Origin: a virus
Taxonomy: Duplodnaviria; Heunggongvirae; Uroviricota; Caudoviricetes
Reading direction: 5' to 3' (one strand)
IMG/VR virus record: IMGVR_UViG_3300033076_001232
Coordinates: 142,435-206,434 of that record
Length of the DNA: 64,000 nt
Made by a program: the position numbers and the translations under genes
Notes under the pieces: generated by a model
Database searches by the model: none
What the model saw: the letters and a program-made list of their open reading frames with translations, nothing else
What the model was told of the DNA's origin: nothing
Shown here: piece by piece, positions 27,650 to 37,065 of the stretch
Position numbering within the stretch: position 1 is the stretch's first letter
Layout: the number at the start of each line of letters is the position of its first letter

Positions 27650-27769
27650 ATGAGAAAAACATTAATAATAATTTCACTACCATTTAGATGGTTAGCTTAT
27701 CAGTTCCTTCAGTGGCTATTAAGAAGACACGATGACTATAACGAGAACTTTAAAAAGTATAACCTTTAA
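27650..27769 (+). CDS. Micro-ORF (39 aa)
   Basis: ataagATGa context; gap-filling. Confidence 0.25.
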   Translation: MRKTLIIISLPFRWLAYQFLQWLLRRHDDYNENFKKYNL

Positions 27770-27781
27770 AATCGAAATAAT

Positions 27782-27973
27782 ATGAAGATAGTAAGCTTAT
27801 ATCCATATGATGATGTATACCAAGTAGTAAGTGAAGATGAAGAAACAATTTACTATCAAGGTAGCAAAAAGGATTGTGAAAATAGGATTAAAAAAATTGA
27901 GCTAAATGAGCAAATGAGAGATAACTTAAAAGCAAAACTTTTTCTCACATCTATACTACACCGAAACATTTAA
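27782..27973 (+). CDS. Small hypothetical protein
   Basis: aataatATGa context. Confidence 0.4.
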   Translation: MKIVSLYPYDDVYQVVSEDEETIYYQGSKKDCENRIKKIELNEQMRDNLKAKLFLTSILHRNI

Positions 27974-27984
27974 ATCGGAATAAA

Positions 27985-28092
27985 ATGACAATAGATATAA
28001 TTTTGATACCAATATGGTTGTTTTCATCAGGTGTTTTGGTAGGTATATTAATTGCTGAAAGCATTATTAACAAAAAGAAAAACAAATCATAA
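27985..28092 (+). CDS. Micro-ORF TM peptide (35 aa)
   Basis: ggaataaaATGa context; single TM helix. Confidence 0.3.
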   Translation: MTIDIILIPIWLFSSGVLVGILIAESIINKKKNKS

Positions 28093-28096
28093 TAAG

Positions 28097-28225
28097 ATGA
28101 CGGCAATACTTATTAAAGCTGAAATGACCGATGAACAGCTAGAGGCTCTCGTTTCGGAGATCACGAGAATAGCAGAAGGAATAGGAATTAACTTAACAAT
28201 ACAATCGAAGGAAGATGAGCTTTAA
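28097..28225 (+). CDS. Micro-ORF (42 aa)
   Basis: aataagATGa context. Confidence 0.25.
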   Translation: MTAILIKAEMTDEQLEALVSEITRIAEGIGINLTIQSKEDEL

Positions 28226-28373
28226 AGCAATTAAAACCATATTTTGGTTCCGATTTTTTTCAGTATTTGACGTGCTGTTCTCGGAAAGATTCGAACTAAC
28301 TACTTGGGATAAAGAAGGTAGACAAACTTCTAAAACAAAATTCTCCAGAAGGGAGATAAAAGAAAAACTTTAA
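28215..28373 (+). CDS. Micro-ORF (52 aa)
   Basis: Gap-filling ORF overlapping previous by 11 nt. Confidence 0.25.
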   Translation: MSFKAIKTIFWFRFFSVFDVLFSERFELTTWDKEGRQTSKTKFSRREIKEKL

Positions 28374-28387
28374 TTAAAATACAGAAA

Positions 28388-28570
28388 ATGGGATTTTTAT
28401 CAAACTTAGTAAGCGCAACAGTAAAGACAGCACTAACCCCAGTGGCAGTCGTTAAGGATGTTGTTAATGTAGTAAAAGGGGAAGAAGCTGATTCAACTAA
28501 GAATCTTTTAAATAGTGCAGGAGAAGATCTTAAGGATGCAGGAGACGATTTAGTTGACGGCAACGTCTAG
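28388..28570 (+). CDS. Small hypothetical protein (60 aa)
   Basis: ORF track. Confidence 0.35.
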   Translation: MGFLSNLVSATVKTALTPVAVVKDVVNVVKGEEADSTKNLLNSAGEDLKDAGDDLVDGNV

Positions 28571-28641
28571 ATCAATTTTTTTCCCCCGTAAAGCAGTTTT
28601 AATTTTGGGTTCTAAATTAGGAATCCGCTAAAAAATAAAGA

Positions 28642-29046
28642 ATGAAATCTTTCAGTAAATTAGATGTAGATAAAGTCATCAGGATCGAATTAATCGAGCC
28701 GAAGTTATCTAGTTATAAATGGCTACCAAAGAAACAAAAAACATTTCTCTTTGGTCTCATCAAAAGAAACCGATGGAACTCCGAAGGCTTTTATCGTCAT
28801 GGATGCTATCAAGAATGTTACGAAAGCGGTTGCTTTGACGCAACCCCGGACAGCGAGAGGTGGCTTACAGAAAGAGGATACTATGTCTACCCAGATAAGA
28901 GTGTTTGGCATCCTGCTACCGTCCACGTAGATCTTGATCACGGGGTAAGATCTACAATAGCCTTTGGTAATACGGATGAAGCAAAGGAGTGGATTTCAAA
29001 ATTGGAGGAAATGTGTGGCAAAAAGTTTATCAACTACGGAAAATAA
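28642..29046 (+). CDS. Hypothetical protein
   Basis: ORF track. Confidence 0.45.
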   Translation: MKSFSKLDVDKVIRIELIEPKLSSYKWLPKKQKTFLFGLIKRNRWNSEGFYRHGCYQECYESGCFDATPDSERWLTERGYYVYPDKSVWHPATVHVDLDHGVRSTIAFGNTDEAKEWISKLEEMCGKKFINYGK

Positions 29047-29050
29047 AAAA

Positions 29051-29422
29051 ATGGAGATATTATTTAATCACGCCTTTATAAGAGTATTAGTTTACCCTAA
29101 AAAGAGATACAATGGCTCATGTCTCTATATCAAAAAAGGTTATAAAAATCTAGTCGGCCGCAAGTTTTGGATTTTTCCGGAATATGAAAAAATAGACTAT
29201 GCAGTTTTAACAACTTGGCCGGAGAGATTTGTATGTAGTGTTGAAGACTATGAGAGCGATGAAAAATACATTGAGAACAACGTAATCTATTACAAGCCTC
29301 ACTGCACAATAATCATGAATGACAAATCTGCCAGATCTGTAATTTTTGATACCCCCGAGGAACTGGAAAACTATGTGTCCGAACTTAAAGGAGGAATTCC
29401 ACACCTAGTGATAGAAGAATAA
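29051..29422 (+). CDS. Hypothetical protein (start trimmed to ATG 29051)
   Basis: In-frame ATG immediately after upstream stop. Confidence 0.4.
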   Translation: MEILFNHAFIRVLVYPKKRYNGSCLYIKKGYKNLVGRKFWIFPEYEKIDYAVLTTWPERFVCSVEDYESDEKYIENNVIYYKPHCTIIMNDKSARSVIFDTPEELENYVSELKGGIPHLVIEE

Positions 29423-29448
29423 AAAGTAAAATCGTAAATTCAAGTTAT

Positions 29449-31020
29449 ATGAAAGGAATAAACCCAGCCCTTCTAACCGACGGTTATAAAACAGGGCACC
29501 ATCAGCAATACCCGGAGGGAACAACTCTAGTGTATTCTAACTTTACCCCAAGAAGTAACAAGTATGCACCTAAGGGATGCGATCATGTTGTTTCTTTTGG
29601 TCAGCAACTTATCATGAAGCAGATTCACGAGAGCTTCCAAAAAGATTTCTTCGATCAGCCTAAAGATGAGGTGTGCTCGGAAATTAAGAGAGAGCTTTCT
29701 CTTTATCTAGGAGTCGATTACGATGTTAGTCACTTCGAAGCCCTTCACGATCTTGGATATTTACCTATTAAGGTTAAAGCAATCAAAGAGGGAACTTTAG
29801 TGCCAATCAAGGTTCCTGTCTTGACTATCTATAATACGGATCCCAACTTTTACTGGGTAACCAACTATTTGGAAACACTAATCTCAAATCTTCTTTGGAA
29901 GCCAATGACTTCCGCAACAATTGCTTACCAATACAAGAGAGTTCTTACCGATTGGGCTCTTAAAACCGACAAGGAAAACAAAACATTTGTTCAGTGGCAA
30001 GGTCACGATTTCTCTATGAGAGGTATGGATTCAGTGGATGCTGTAATTTCTTCCGGTCTTGGACACCTAACATCTTTTACTGGAACAGATTCCCTTCCTG
30101 CAATTTACGGAGCTCGTAAGTATTACGGAGCGGAAGGATTTGTCGCAGCGTCAGTGCCAGCAACAGAACACTCGGTAATGTGTGCTGGCGGGAAAGAGGA
30201 TGAGATTGAGACATTCCGAAGACTGATTAAGACTTACCCTGCTGGTATCTTGTCAGTAGTATCTGATACTTGGGATTTGTGGAAAGTGTGTACGGAGCAT
30301 GTGGTTACTTTGAAAGAAGAGATTTTGGCTCGTGATGGTAAGTTGGTTATTCGTCCTGATAGTGGTGACCCGGTTGATATCCTTTGCGGTACAGAAGATT
30401 ATACAAAATCTAAATTACCTTATGATGAGGTTAAAGATGTAGAAGTTATGCACCCTAGCCAAAAAGGTGTAATTGAACTTCTTTGGGATGTATTTGGAGG
30501 AACTGTTAACGAACAAGGTTACAAAGTACTTGATCCACATATCGGAGCAATCTATGGCGATAGCATTACTATCGATCGTGCTGAGCAAATCTGCAGCAGA
30601 TTAGCTTCAAAGGGATTTGCATCAACAAACGTAGTGCTTGGGGTAGGATCTTTCACTTACCAGTACAACACCCGCGATACATTTGGTTTTGCAATGAAGG
30701 CAACTTATGTTGAGGTTAAGGTTCCTAAATATGGTGATTTTGCGGACCAAGGGTTGAATACCGAAATTGAAGGTAGAGAAATCTTCAAAGATCCAATCAC
30801 CGATGATGGAACGAAGAAATCTGCAACTGGCTTACTAAGCGTAGTTAGCCGTCCAGGTGAAGGTTTAACCCTAGTTGATAAGTGCGACTGGAAACATGAA
30901 AATGTCGGAGCATTGGAAACAATCTACCACGACGGAAAATCTAGCTCCGAGATCACTCTTTCTGAAATTAGAAACAATCTTGAATTTTCTTTGATTAAAG
31001 AGAGAGAAATTATTTTTTAA
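29449..31020 (+). CDS. Nicotinamide phosphoribosyltransferase-family protein (NAMPT/NadV-like; possibly Namat-type)
   Basis: VPATEHSVM, SFTGTDS, IRPDSGDPV motifs conserved with NAMPT. Confidence 0.7.
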   Translation: MKGINPALLTDGYKTGHHQQYPEGTTLVYSNFTPRSNKYAPKGCDHVVSFGQQLIMKQIHESFQKDFFDQPKDEVCSEIKRELSLYLGVDYDVSHFEALHDLGYLPIKVKAIKEGTLVPIKVPVLTIYNTDPNFYWVTNYLETLISNLLWKPMTSATIAYQYKRVLTDWALKTDKENKTFVQWQGHDFSMRGMDSVDAVISSGLGHLTSFTGTDSLPAIYGARKYYGAEGFVAASVPATEHSVMCAGGKEDEIETFRRLIKTYPAGILSVVSDTWDLWKVCTEHVVTLKEEILARDGKLVIRPDSGDPVDILCGTEDYTKSKLPYDEVKDVEVMHPSQKGVIELLWDVFGGTVNEQGYKVLDPHIGAIYGDSITIDRAEQICSRLASKGFASTNVVLGVGSFTYQYNTRDTFGFAMKATYVEVKVPKYGDFADQGLNTEIEGREIFKDPITDDGTKKSATGLLSVVSRPGEGLTLVDKCDWKHENVGALETIYHDGKSSSEITLSEIRNNLEFSLIKEREIIF

Positions 31021-31067
31021 TTCCGTAAACGGGTTATTAATTTGCATAAATTTTTAAAATATAATAC

Positions 31068-32939
31068 ATGAACACAGCTTTAATTTTTGACTACTGGTGG
31101 ACAATCATACCAGTTTTAGCGTTGATCTTCTATAAGTTCACGCTTCGATTCTTCTTCGGTATGGTAATAGTACCAGAGGACAAAATTGGTTTAGTTACCA
31201 AGAAATTCGTACTCTTCGGAGCTAACAGATCACTTCCCGATGGTAAGATCGTAGCTCTAAATGGTGAACCTGGTTACCAGGCAGACACATTAGCTCCTGG
31301 TCTATATTGGGCTTTCTGGGTTTGGCAATACTCTATAGAGATGCAGAATCTGGTAGTTATCGAGAAGGGAAAACTTGGTTTAGTAACAGCGAAGGACGGT
31401 GTTCCATTACCTACTGGATCAATTTTAGCTAGACACGTAGAGTGTGATAATTTCCAAGATACTCGTGCATTCTTAACCAATGGAGGTCAAAGAGGTAAGC
31501 AGGTTGGATATCTTAACAACGGGGTATATCGTATCAACACTCAACTCTTTGATGTATACCACGCTGATATTACATACATCGAAGATGGTATGGTCGGTGT
31601 TATTACAACTCTAGACGGACGTCCATTAGATCAAGGTAACATCGCAGGTTCTCTGGTAGAAGGACACAATAACTTCCAGGATTTTGATTCATTCTTAGAG
31701 AATGGAGGACAAAGAGGTCTACAGATTCAGGTGATCCAGGCCGGTAGCTATTCATTAAACCCTTGGGCTATTGAGGTAGAGAAAAAAGAAATGACCTCAA
31801 TTCCTATCGGTCACGTTGGTGTTGTTATCTCCTACGTTGGCGATGAAGGTATTGATCAAACCGGTGACACTTTTAAACATGGTAACATTGTTAAGAAAGG
31901 ACAAAAAGGAGTTTGGATCTCTCCGCTAGATCCTGGTAAATATGCAATCAACCCCTACACACAAAAGATCGAAGTTGTCCCAACAACTAACCTTGTTTTG
32001 AACTGGGCAAATGCAAGAACAGAGTCTCACGCATTAGATAAGAACCTAAGCACAATCACGGTTCGTTCTAAAGACGGTTTCCCATTCAATTTGGATGTAT
32101 CCCAGATTATCCACATTCCTTCTACTGAAGCACCTAAGGTAATTGCTCGATTTGGTTCTATGTCAAACCTTGTCTCTCAGGTACTTGAGCCAACTATCGG
32201 TAACTACTTCCGTAACTCTGCACAGGATTCAGATGTTATTGCTTTCTTAAGCACACGTCAAGCCAGACAAAATGCTGCTAAAGATGCAATCAGCAAAGTT
32301 CTTGACGAGTACAACGTACACGCTGTAGATACTCTAATTGGAGACATCACACCTCCTGCAGAACTTATGAAAACTCTAACCGATCGTAAGATCGCTCAGG
32401 AGGAAGAGGTTACATTTGAAACTCAGAAGAAAGCTCAGGATCAACGTAAAACTCTAGAGTCAGCTAAAGCTCTTGCAGATATGCAGGGACAAATGGTACA
32501 AGCTCAACAATCGGTAGAGATCTCACAGAGACAAGCCGAGGCAGAGGTTAAGAAATCAGAAGGTGAAGCCAAAGCGATGGAGCTTAAGGCTGGAGCTCAG
32601 GCAAAAGCTAAAAAGCTGATGGCTGAAGCCGATGCTTCTCAGATTAAACTTACCGGTGAGGCTGAAGCAAGCAAGATCGAGAAAATCGGTAGAGCAACAG
32701 CAGAAGCTTATCAATTACAGGTACAAGCAATGGGCAACGACAACTTTGCTAAGCTTAAAGTTACTGAGGAGATAGGTAAAAATGGAATCAAGATTATTCC
32801 AGAAATCCTAATCTCAGGAAGCGAAGGTGGCAATGGCCCAATAAGCGGATTGCTTGGAATGGAGCTTCTTAATCAAATAAGAAACAGAGAGGCTGACACT
32901 TCCTCCGGACAAGACAAAATCCAAGAGGATAAAAAATAA
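31068..32939 (+). CDS. SPFH/flotillin-like membrane protein with internal repeats and A/E/K-rich coiled-coil tail
   Basis: N-terminal TM helix; repeated NFQD..FL.NGGQRG.Q units; flotillin-like AEAE/KAK-rich C-terminus. Confidence 0.5.
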   Translation: MNTALIFDYWWTIIPVLALIFYKFTLRFFFGMVIVPEDKIGLVTKKFVLFGANRSLPDGKIVALNGEPGYQADTLAPGLYWAFWVWQYSIEMQNLVVIEKGKLGLVTAKDGVPLPTGSILARHVECDNFQDTRAFLTNGGQRGKQVGYLNNGVYRINTQLFDVYHADITYIEDGMVGVITTLDGRPLDQGNIAGSLVEGHNNFQDFDSFLENGGQRGLQIQVIQAGSYSLNPWAIEVEKKEMTSIPIGHVGVVISYVGDEGIDQTGDTFKHGNIVKKGQKGVWISPLDPGKYAINPYTQKIEVVPTTNLVLNWANARTESHALDKNLSTITVRSKDGFPFNLDVSQIIHIPSTEAPKVIARFGSMSNLVSQVLEPTIGNYFRNSAQDSDVIAFLSTRQARQNAAKDAISKVLDEYNVHAVDTLIGDITPPAELMKTLTDRKIAQEEEVTFETQKKAQDQRKTLESAKALADMQGQMVQAQQSVEISQRQAEAEVKKSEGEAKAMELKAGAQAKAKKLMAEADASQIKLTGEAEASKIEKIGRATAEAYQLQVQAMGNDNFAKLKVTEEIGKNGIKIIPEILISGSEGGNGPISGLLGMELLNQIRNREADTSSGQDKIQEDKK

Positions 32940-32954
32940 AAAACACAATTTAAA

Positions 32955-32982
32955 AGATAGGTCTTCGGACCTATCTTTTTTT
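32955..32982 (+). terminator. Rho-independent terminator (UUCG tetraloop)
   Basis: 9-bp stem agataggtc/gacctatct, loop ttcg, T-run. Confidence 0.85.
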
Positions 32983-32995
32983 AATTTAATTCGAT

Positions 32996-33154
32996 ATGGA
33001 GAAGCAGAAAAAAATTGATGCAGCAATCAAGGACACAAAGTTAAGATTGAATCATACAGAGCAAGAGATTATGCTCTTACTTCGTGAGAAGGAAACTCTA
33101 AAGAAACAATTAGATGCTTTAGAGTGTATAAGAGACGACAAAAATCTTGAATAA
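32996..33154 (+). CDS. Small coiled-coil protein (52 aa)
   Basis: Gap-filling ORF; stop abuts next ATG. Confidence 0.3.
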   Translation: MEKQKKIDAAIKDTKLRLNHTEQEIMLLLREKETLKKQLDALECIRDDKNLE

Positions 33155-33538
33155 ATGAACAAGCTTGAAAAGAAAGATATCCAAGCTATGCACGGATTAA
33201 CAGTAGGAGAACTTAGAAGATTTCTGATGGATCATCCCGAAATAGAGGATGATCAACCTGTTTTAATTGAGAGAGTCGAGGATGTCTACTTTGAAAAAAA
33301 TGGTTGGGGTGTTTATCTCAAAGAGGGTGAAGCCTATCATAATGCTCTCTCATTCAGCAGTAAAATGAGGGAGGAAATCGAAAGACGAAAAAGAGGTGAA
33401 GAACCTGAATATGGTATGGAGGATCCATCTCTTTATATCAAGGATCCGACCGAGGAAGACATGAATCAATATGTACGTGCTTGGTGCTGTGTTAAGTATA
33501 AAGACGACAACGCTTTATTTATAGATTTACATTATTAG
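33155..33538 (+). CDS. Hypothetical protein
   Basis: ORF track. Confidence 0.45.
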   Translation: MNKLEKKDIQAMHGLTVGELRRFLMDHPEIEDDQPVLIERVEDVYFEKNGWGVYLKEGEAYHNALSFSSKMREEIERRKRGEEPEYGMEDPSLYIKDPTEEDMNQYVRAWCCVKYKDDNALFIDLHY

Positions 33539-33539
33539 G

Positions 33540-33713
33540 ATGTCTGTCAAAGAAAAAGAAATACCTTGTCATTTCGACCACAACGGTGAATGCCTTATTT
33601 GTGACTGTTGGCCTGACAACTGTGCCTATGATAGATTTCTAAATGAAGACTATAAATGGGAAACGAAAGAGGAACTGGAAGAGATGTTTAAAGATTACAA
33701 AAAAGAAAAATAA
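33540..33713 (+). CDS. Small Cys-rich (zinc-binding-like) protein, 57 aa
   Basis: CHFDHNGECLICDCWPDNC; gap-filling. Confidence 0.35.
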   Translation: MSVKEKEIPCHFDHNGECLICDCWPDNCAYDRFLNEDYKWETKEELEEMFKDYKKEK

Positions 33714-33714
33714 A

Positions 33715-34065
33715 ATGAGCGGAGCAATTACAGAAACACCAGAAAGATGGTCGATTGTTAAAATCACTTCGGAGGGAAAAACATACTACAAGGTTTTCGG
33801 AAGCTGGAGAGGTGGATATCTCAGCGGCGATAGCTGGAGAATGAACAGTGGAATCGTTAAAGTTGAAGAAGACGAAGAGGCATTCTATTTTCTAGGTGAA
33901 TCTGGCTCCAAGTATAAGTGTGGCAAGGATCTCTATGGAACAGCTAGTTCTTACACCGAGGGGATTCTTTACACCATCAAGGATAAAGCACCAAAAGCAA
34001 ATGCTATTCTTGAAATCATGTCAGAGGAAACCGATTGGATCAACCTTCTAAGTGAATCCCAGTGA
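33715..34065 (+). CDS. Hypothetical protein
   Basis: Start trimmed to MSGAIT. Confidence 0.45.
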   Translation: MSGAITETPERWSIVKITSEGKTYYKVFGSWRGGYLSGDSWRMNSGIVKVEEDEEAFYFLGESGSKYKCGKDLYGTASSYTEGILYTIKDKAPKANAILEIMSEETDWINLLSESQ

Positions 34066-34412
34066 AAATAAAAATAGACCAGGAATACATTCTTTGTGCT
34101 GCTATCTGGTACAAGGATCTGCCGTTGAAAAATACGGAGATTCTGGATAGGAGAGGATTTCGACCTGTTAATACTGATCGTGGGGTTGTTATCTCCGGAT
34201 GGAGACACGGTAATTGCATTTATCAGGTGGTGGCAATCACCGGATTAAGAAGTGTACCTGCAGAAGTTGGTGAGTCGGTGCAGGGATTCCTAACCAATAA
34301 GAACCGATTCGTTGATAGGGAGGAGGGTTACGAGATTGCTGAAGCTGCTGAACAACTAAATAGCAGAAGTAGAGGGGGAAGCCGCATACTTTATAGCGAA
34401 GATTTATATTAG
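34062..34412 (+). CDS. Hypothetical protein
   Basis: ORF track; GTGA overlap. Confidence 0.4.
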   Translation: MKIKIDQEYILCAAIWYKDLPLKNTEILDRRGFRPVNTDRGVVISGWRHGNCIYQVVAITGLRSVPAEVGESVQGFLTNKNRFVDREEGYEIAEAAEQLNSRSRGGSRILYSEDLY

Positions 34413-34415
34413 AAG

Positions 34416-34733
34416 ATGGAAGAGGTAAACAAAGAAACGCTAAACATATTAATTGATGCCCTATCTGATTCGGATTGGGAACAATTGAGATTAAAAGCAG
34501 ATGTTAGAAGAGCATTTCAAAAAGCAGAAGTACTCAGAGCTAAACAGCAATCTGCGGAATCTTTTGCTGAGTGGATTCTCGAACATGAGGTGAGACCAGG
34601 ATTTGACGATAATATGAATCCAAGATGGTACACACAATTTGGAGACGACTACACGTATTATACCTCGACAGAACTTTATAGAATCTACATTACAGGAGAA
34701 TGGGAGATCTCAGAAGACGAAGAAGAAATTTAA
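34416..34733 (+). CDS. Hypothetical protein
   Basis: ORF track. Confidence 0.45.
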   Translation: MEEVNKETLNILIDALSDSDWEQLRLKADVRRAFQKAEVLRAKQQSAESFAEWILEHEVRPGFDDNMNPRWYTQFGDDYTYYTSTELYRIYITGEWEISEDEEEI

Positions 34734-34744
34734 ATTTAGAAATC

Positions 34745-35041
34745 ATGATAGAAATTAATTCATCCAATAGCCTTACCGTAAACGCCAAGCCCATCGTCAA
34801 GACAATTACAAGCATTGAAATTGCAGGCACCGGAACAGAATTACCCGTTGAGGTAGTAGCGGATTTTTCAAACGTTCCTACGGATCTCCATGGGGCTTAC
34901 CTGGAGGCTTTTAAGTACAAGTATCTTCCGACCACAAAAGTTTTTGATTGCACACAAGAATCCGAAGAGGAAGTTACTTCTAGGAGCGGGAGATTAAACA
35001 GATTAGCAGACATTTTCCTTTCCGCAATCAAAAAGAGATGA
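34745..35041 (+). CDS. Hypothetical protein
   Basis: Start trimmed to MIEINSS. Confidence 0.4.
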   Translation: MIEINSSNSLTVNAKPIVKTITSIEIAGTGTELPVEVVADFSNVPTDLHGAYLEAFKYKYLPTTKVFDCTQESEEEVTSRSGRLNRLADIFLSAIKKR

Positions 35042-35295
35042 TCTACCAATTTACAAAACTATCAATCAGCGATAAGAAGTTAAGCAATTTTCTGTACGCT
35101 ATCTTCATGACTAAAGCTGAACTTCATTCTTACCACCATTTAAATCTTGAAAGATTTAACAGAAAGCAAAATTCCGGTCACATGGTAAATGTTATCATCA
35201 AGATCAGTGAGGATAAGGTAGAGGAATTTGAGCAGTTGTCTGGTGTTAAACTTCAGACAAGCAAAGATTTTCAAGGTGAAATGAGATTAAATTAG
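35038..35295 (+). CDS. Hypothetical protein
   Basis: ATGA overlap. Confidence 0.4.
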   Translation: MIYQFTKLSISDKKLSNFLYAIFMTKAELHSYHHLNLERFNRKQNSGHMVNVIIKISEDKVEEFEQLSGVKLQTSKDFQGEMRLN

Positions 35296-35301
35296 TAAAC
35301 G

Positions 35302-35745
35302 ATGGCGACGAACCCGAAAATAAAAAGGCTATGGACCAAACAGGAGAAAAGAATAGTCAGACTCTTATATCGAAAAGGACTCTTAAAAGATTTTAAGATT
35401 AAGGATTTATATTGGGCCGAGTATAATTGGCTAGGTAAAAAGAAATATAAATCTAAACGAAGCAAATACTCATATCCCGTTTATATGCCGGAAGTTCATT
35501 ACTTTACTACCGATTATTGGGGTGAATCTGATGAGCACAGTGTTGTTGGAACAATAAAAGAACATTTATGGTGGGATCATGCTGATACTGAAAATTGGGA
35601 CGATACTTCAGGGGAATGGCCAAAATCAAAATTTCCAAGGATGAACAGAGAGCAGTTCATTAAATATCTCGAGAAATTACCAACAAAGATAAGCGACAAT
35701 AAAATCAATCGGGTACTTAAAACTCAAAAAATAGATGAAGAGTAA
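35302..35745 (+). CDS. Hypothetical protein
   Basis: ORF track. Confidence 0.45.
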   Translation: MATNPKIKRLWTKQEKRIVRLLYRKGLLKDFKIKDLYWAEYNWLGKKKYKSKRSKYSYPVYMPEVHYFTTDYWGESDEHSVVGTIKEHLWWDHADTENWDDTSGEWPKSKFPRMNREQFIKYLEKLPTKISDNKINRVLKTQKIDEE

Positions 35746-35850
35746 AAAGAAAAAAACCTACCCCGCCACCCCCAATTCAAATAGGTCCTTTTAGCCCTAG
35801 AATAGCAAAAATCTTTCAAGAAGAACTTAACAAAGAAAAAACTAAAAACA

Positions 35851-36216
35851 ATGAATAAAGAAAAATACAACCAGATTATTGATGAGGCGTATGAGAATTA
35901 TGTTCAAAAATGTAATGAGGATAAGTGGATGAAAGAAATTGTGTTAGATTTACCGTTACCAAATAAAAGTTATGGTTTATTCACACAAGAAGAATTCATC
36001 AACAAAATCAAAACAGATGATGGGTTTTCTAATACATGGGGGTTAAAGATTGAAGAAAGAGATATGACCTGGGAGGAGAGGGTTCAGTGGGTTATGAAGT
36101 ATACCGACGTTGAACTTGAGAATCTATACATTGTAGAGGAAGCACACAAGGAAACATCTCCTACGAGAATCTCTACAATAATTACAGACAAGGAAAGAAT
36201 TTCTATTTACCTATAA
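35851..36216 (+). CDS. Hypothetical protein
   Basis: ORF track. Confidence 0.45.
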   Translation: MNKEKYNQIIDEAYENYVQKCNEDKWMKEIVLDLPLPNKSYGLFTQEEFINKIKTDDGFSNTWGLKIEERDMTWEERVQWVMKYTDVELENLYIVEEAHKETSPTRISTIITDKERISIYL

Positions 36217-36217
36217 C

Positions 36218-36829
36218 ATGGAAGATAAAGAAAAATCGAATTTGAATATTCTAGAACTAACAGACGAGCAACTTTGGATTGTTCAGAGGGCTTTAGATTT
36301 CTATTCCAGAGTTGGAATAGGCCAATTTGATGAGATTAAAAATCATCCAACATTTGAAGAACATTTAGAGGATGTATGTAGACCTAAGAGAGATCCACAG
36401 GTCGGAGATAGAACACCGCAGGGAGAAATCCTTGAGATCAAAGGCAAAAAAGCTTTAATCGATGGCAGTGTAGGAAAGGATGGTCACTGGGTTAAGACTC
36501 AAGCATGGAAACCACTTAAGGATGTGAAGCTAAGCACTGACTATTCGAGATATCATGAAATAAGAGATGCGGTGGATATGATGTTGGTTCAGCCAAGAAA
36601 TATGCTATGTAATGAACCAACACTTACCAGAAACGGTAGCTGGGGAATTTATAACAGCTCAGTCCACGATTCATGTCGGATTGCTTTTGATATTATCCAG
36701 GTGATAAGACACGAAAAATGGAAAAGAGATCATAAGAGATCCTCAGTAACCGTTGATTCGCATATCCATTTTAGCCACACCAAAGATGGATCTTCTTCTA
36801 AGATAAAATGTAAACTAAGAGAAAAATGA
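36218..36829 (+). CDS. Hypothetical protein
   Basis: ORF track. Confidence 0.45.
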   Translation: MEDKEKSNLNILELTDEQLWIVQRALDFYSRVGIGQFDEIKNHPTFEEHLEDVCRPKRDPQVGDRTPQGEILEIKGKKALIDGSVGKDGHWVKTQAWKPLKDVKLSTDYSRYHEIRDAVDMMLVQPRNMLCNEPTLTRNGSWGIYNSSVHDSCRIAFDIIQVIRHEKWKRDHKRSSVTVDSHIHFSHTKDGSSSKIKCKLREK

Positions 36830-37062
36830 GGACTATTAAAATAAGATTTATCGAGACAAAGGGCACCTATTACATTCAGAGAAAAACTTGGTTTGGATGG
36901 AAGGATATAGGATACAGCATCGACATGGGATATGGCGGATTTTGGGAAAGATACTCTGCAAAAAATAAGGAGGATCTTCTGAAAGATGTTTTAGAAAATT
37001 ACTATAGAGTGGATAAGAGATTCGTTCAGATTATCGAGCACTCTACTGTTAAAATCTATTAA
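36826..37062 (+). CDS. Hypothetical protein
   Basis: ATGA overlap. Confidence 0.4.
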   Translation: MRTIKIRFIETKGTYYIQRKTWFGWKDIGYSIDMGYGGFWERYSAKNKEDLLKDVLENYYRVDKRFVQIIEHSTVKIY

Positions 37063-37065
37063 AGC

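Noticed and set aside
28330-28563. 77-aa minus-strand ORF
   Set aside because: Mirror frame of the + strand micro-ORFs 28215-28373 and 28388-28570; the + strand ORFs have the conserved start context.
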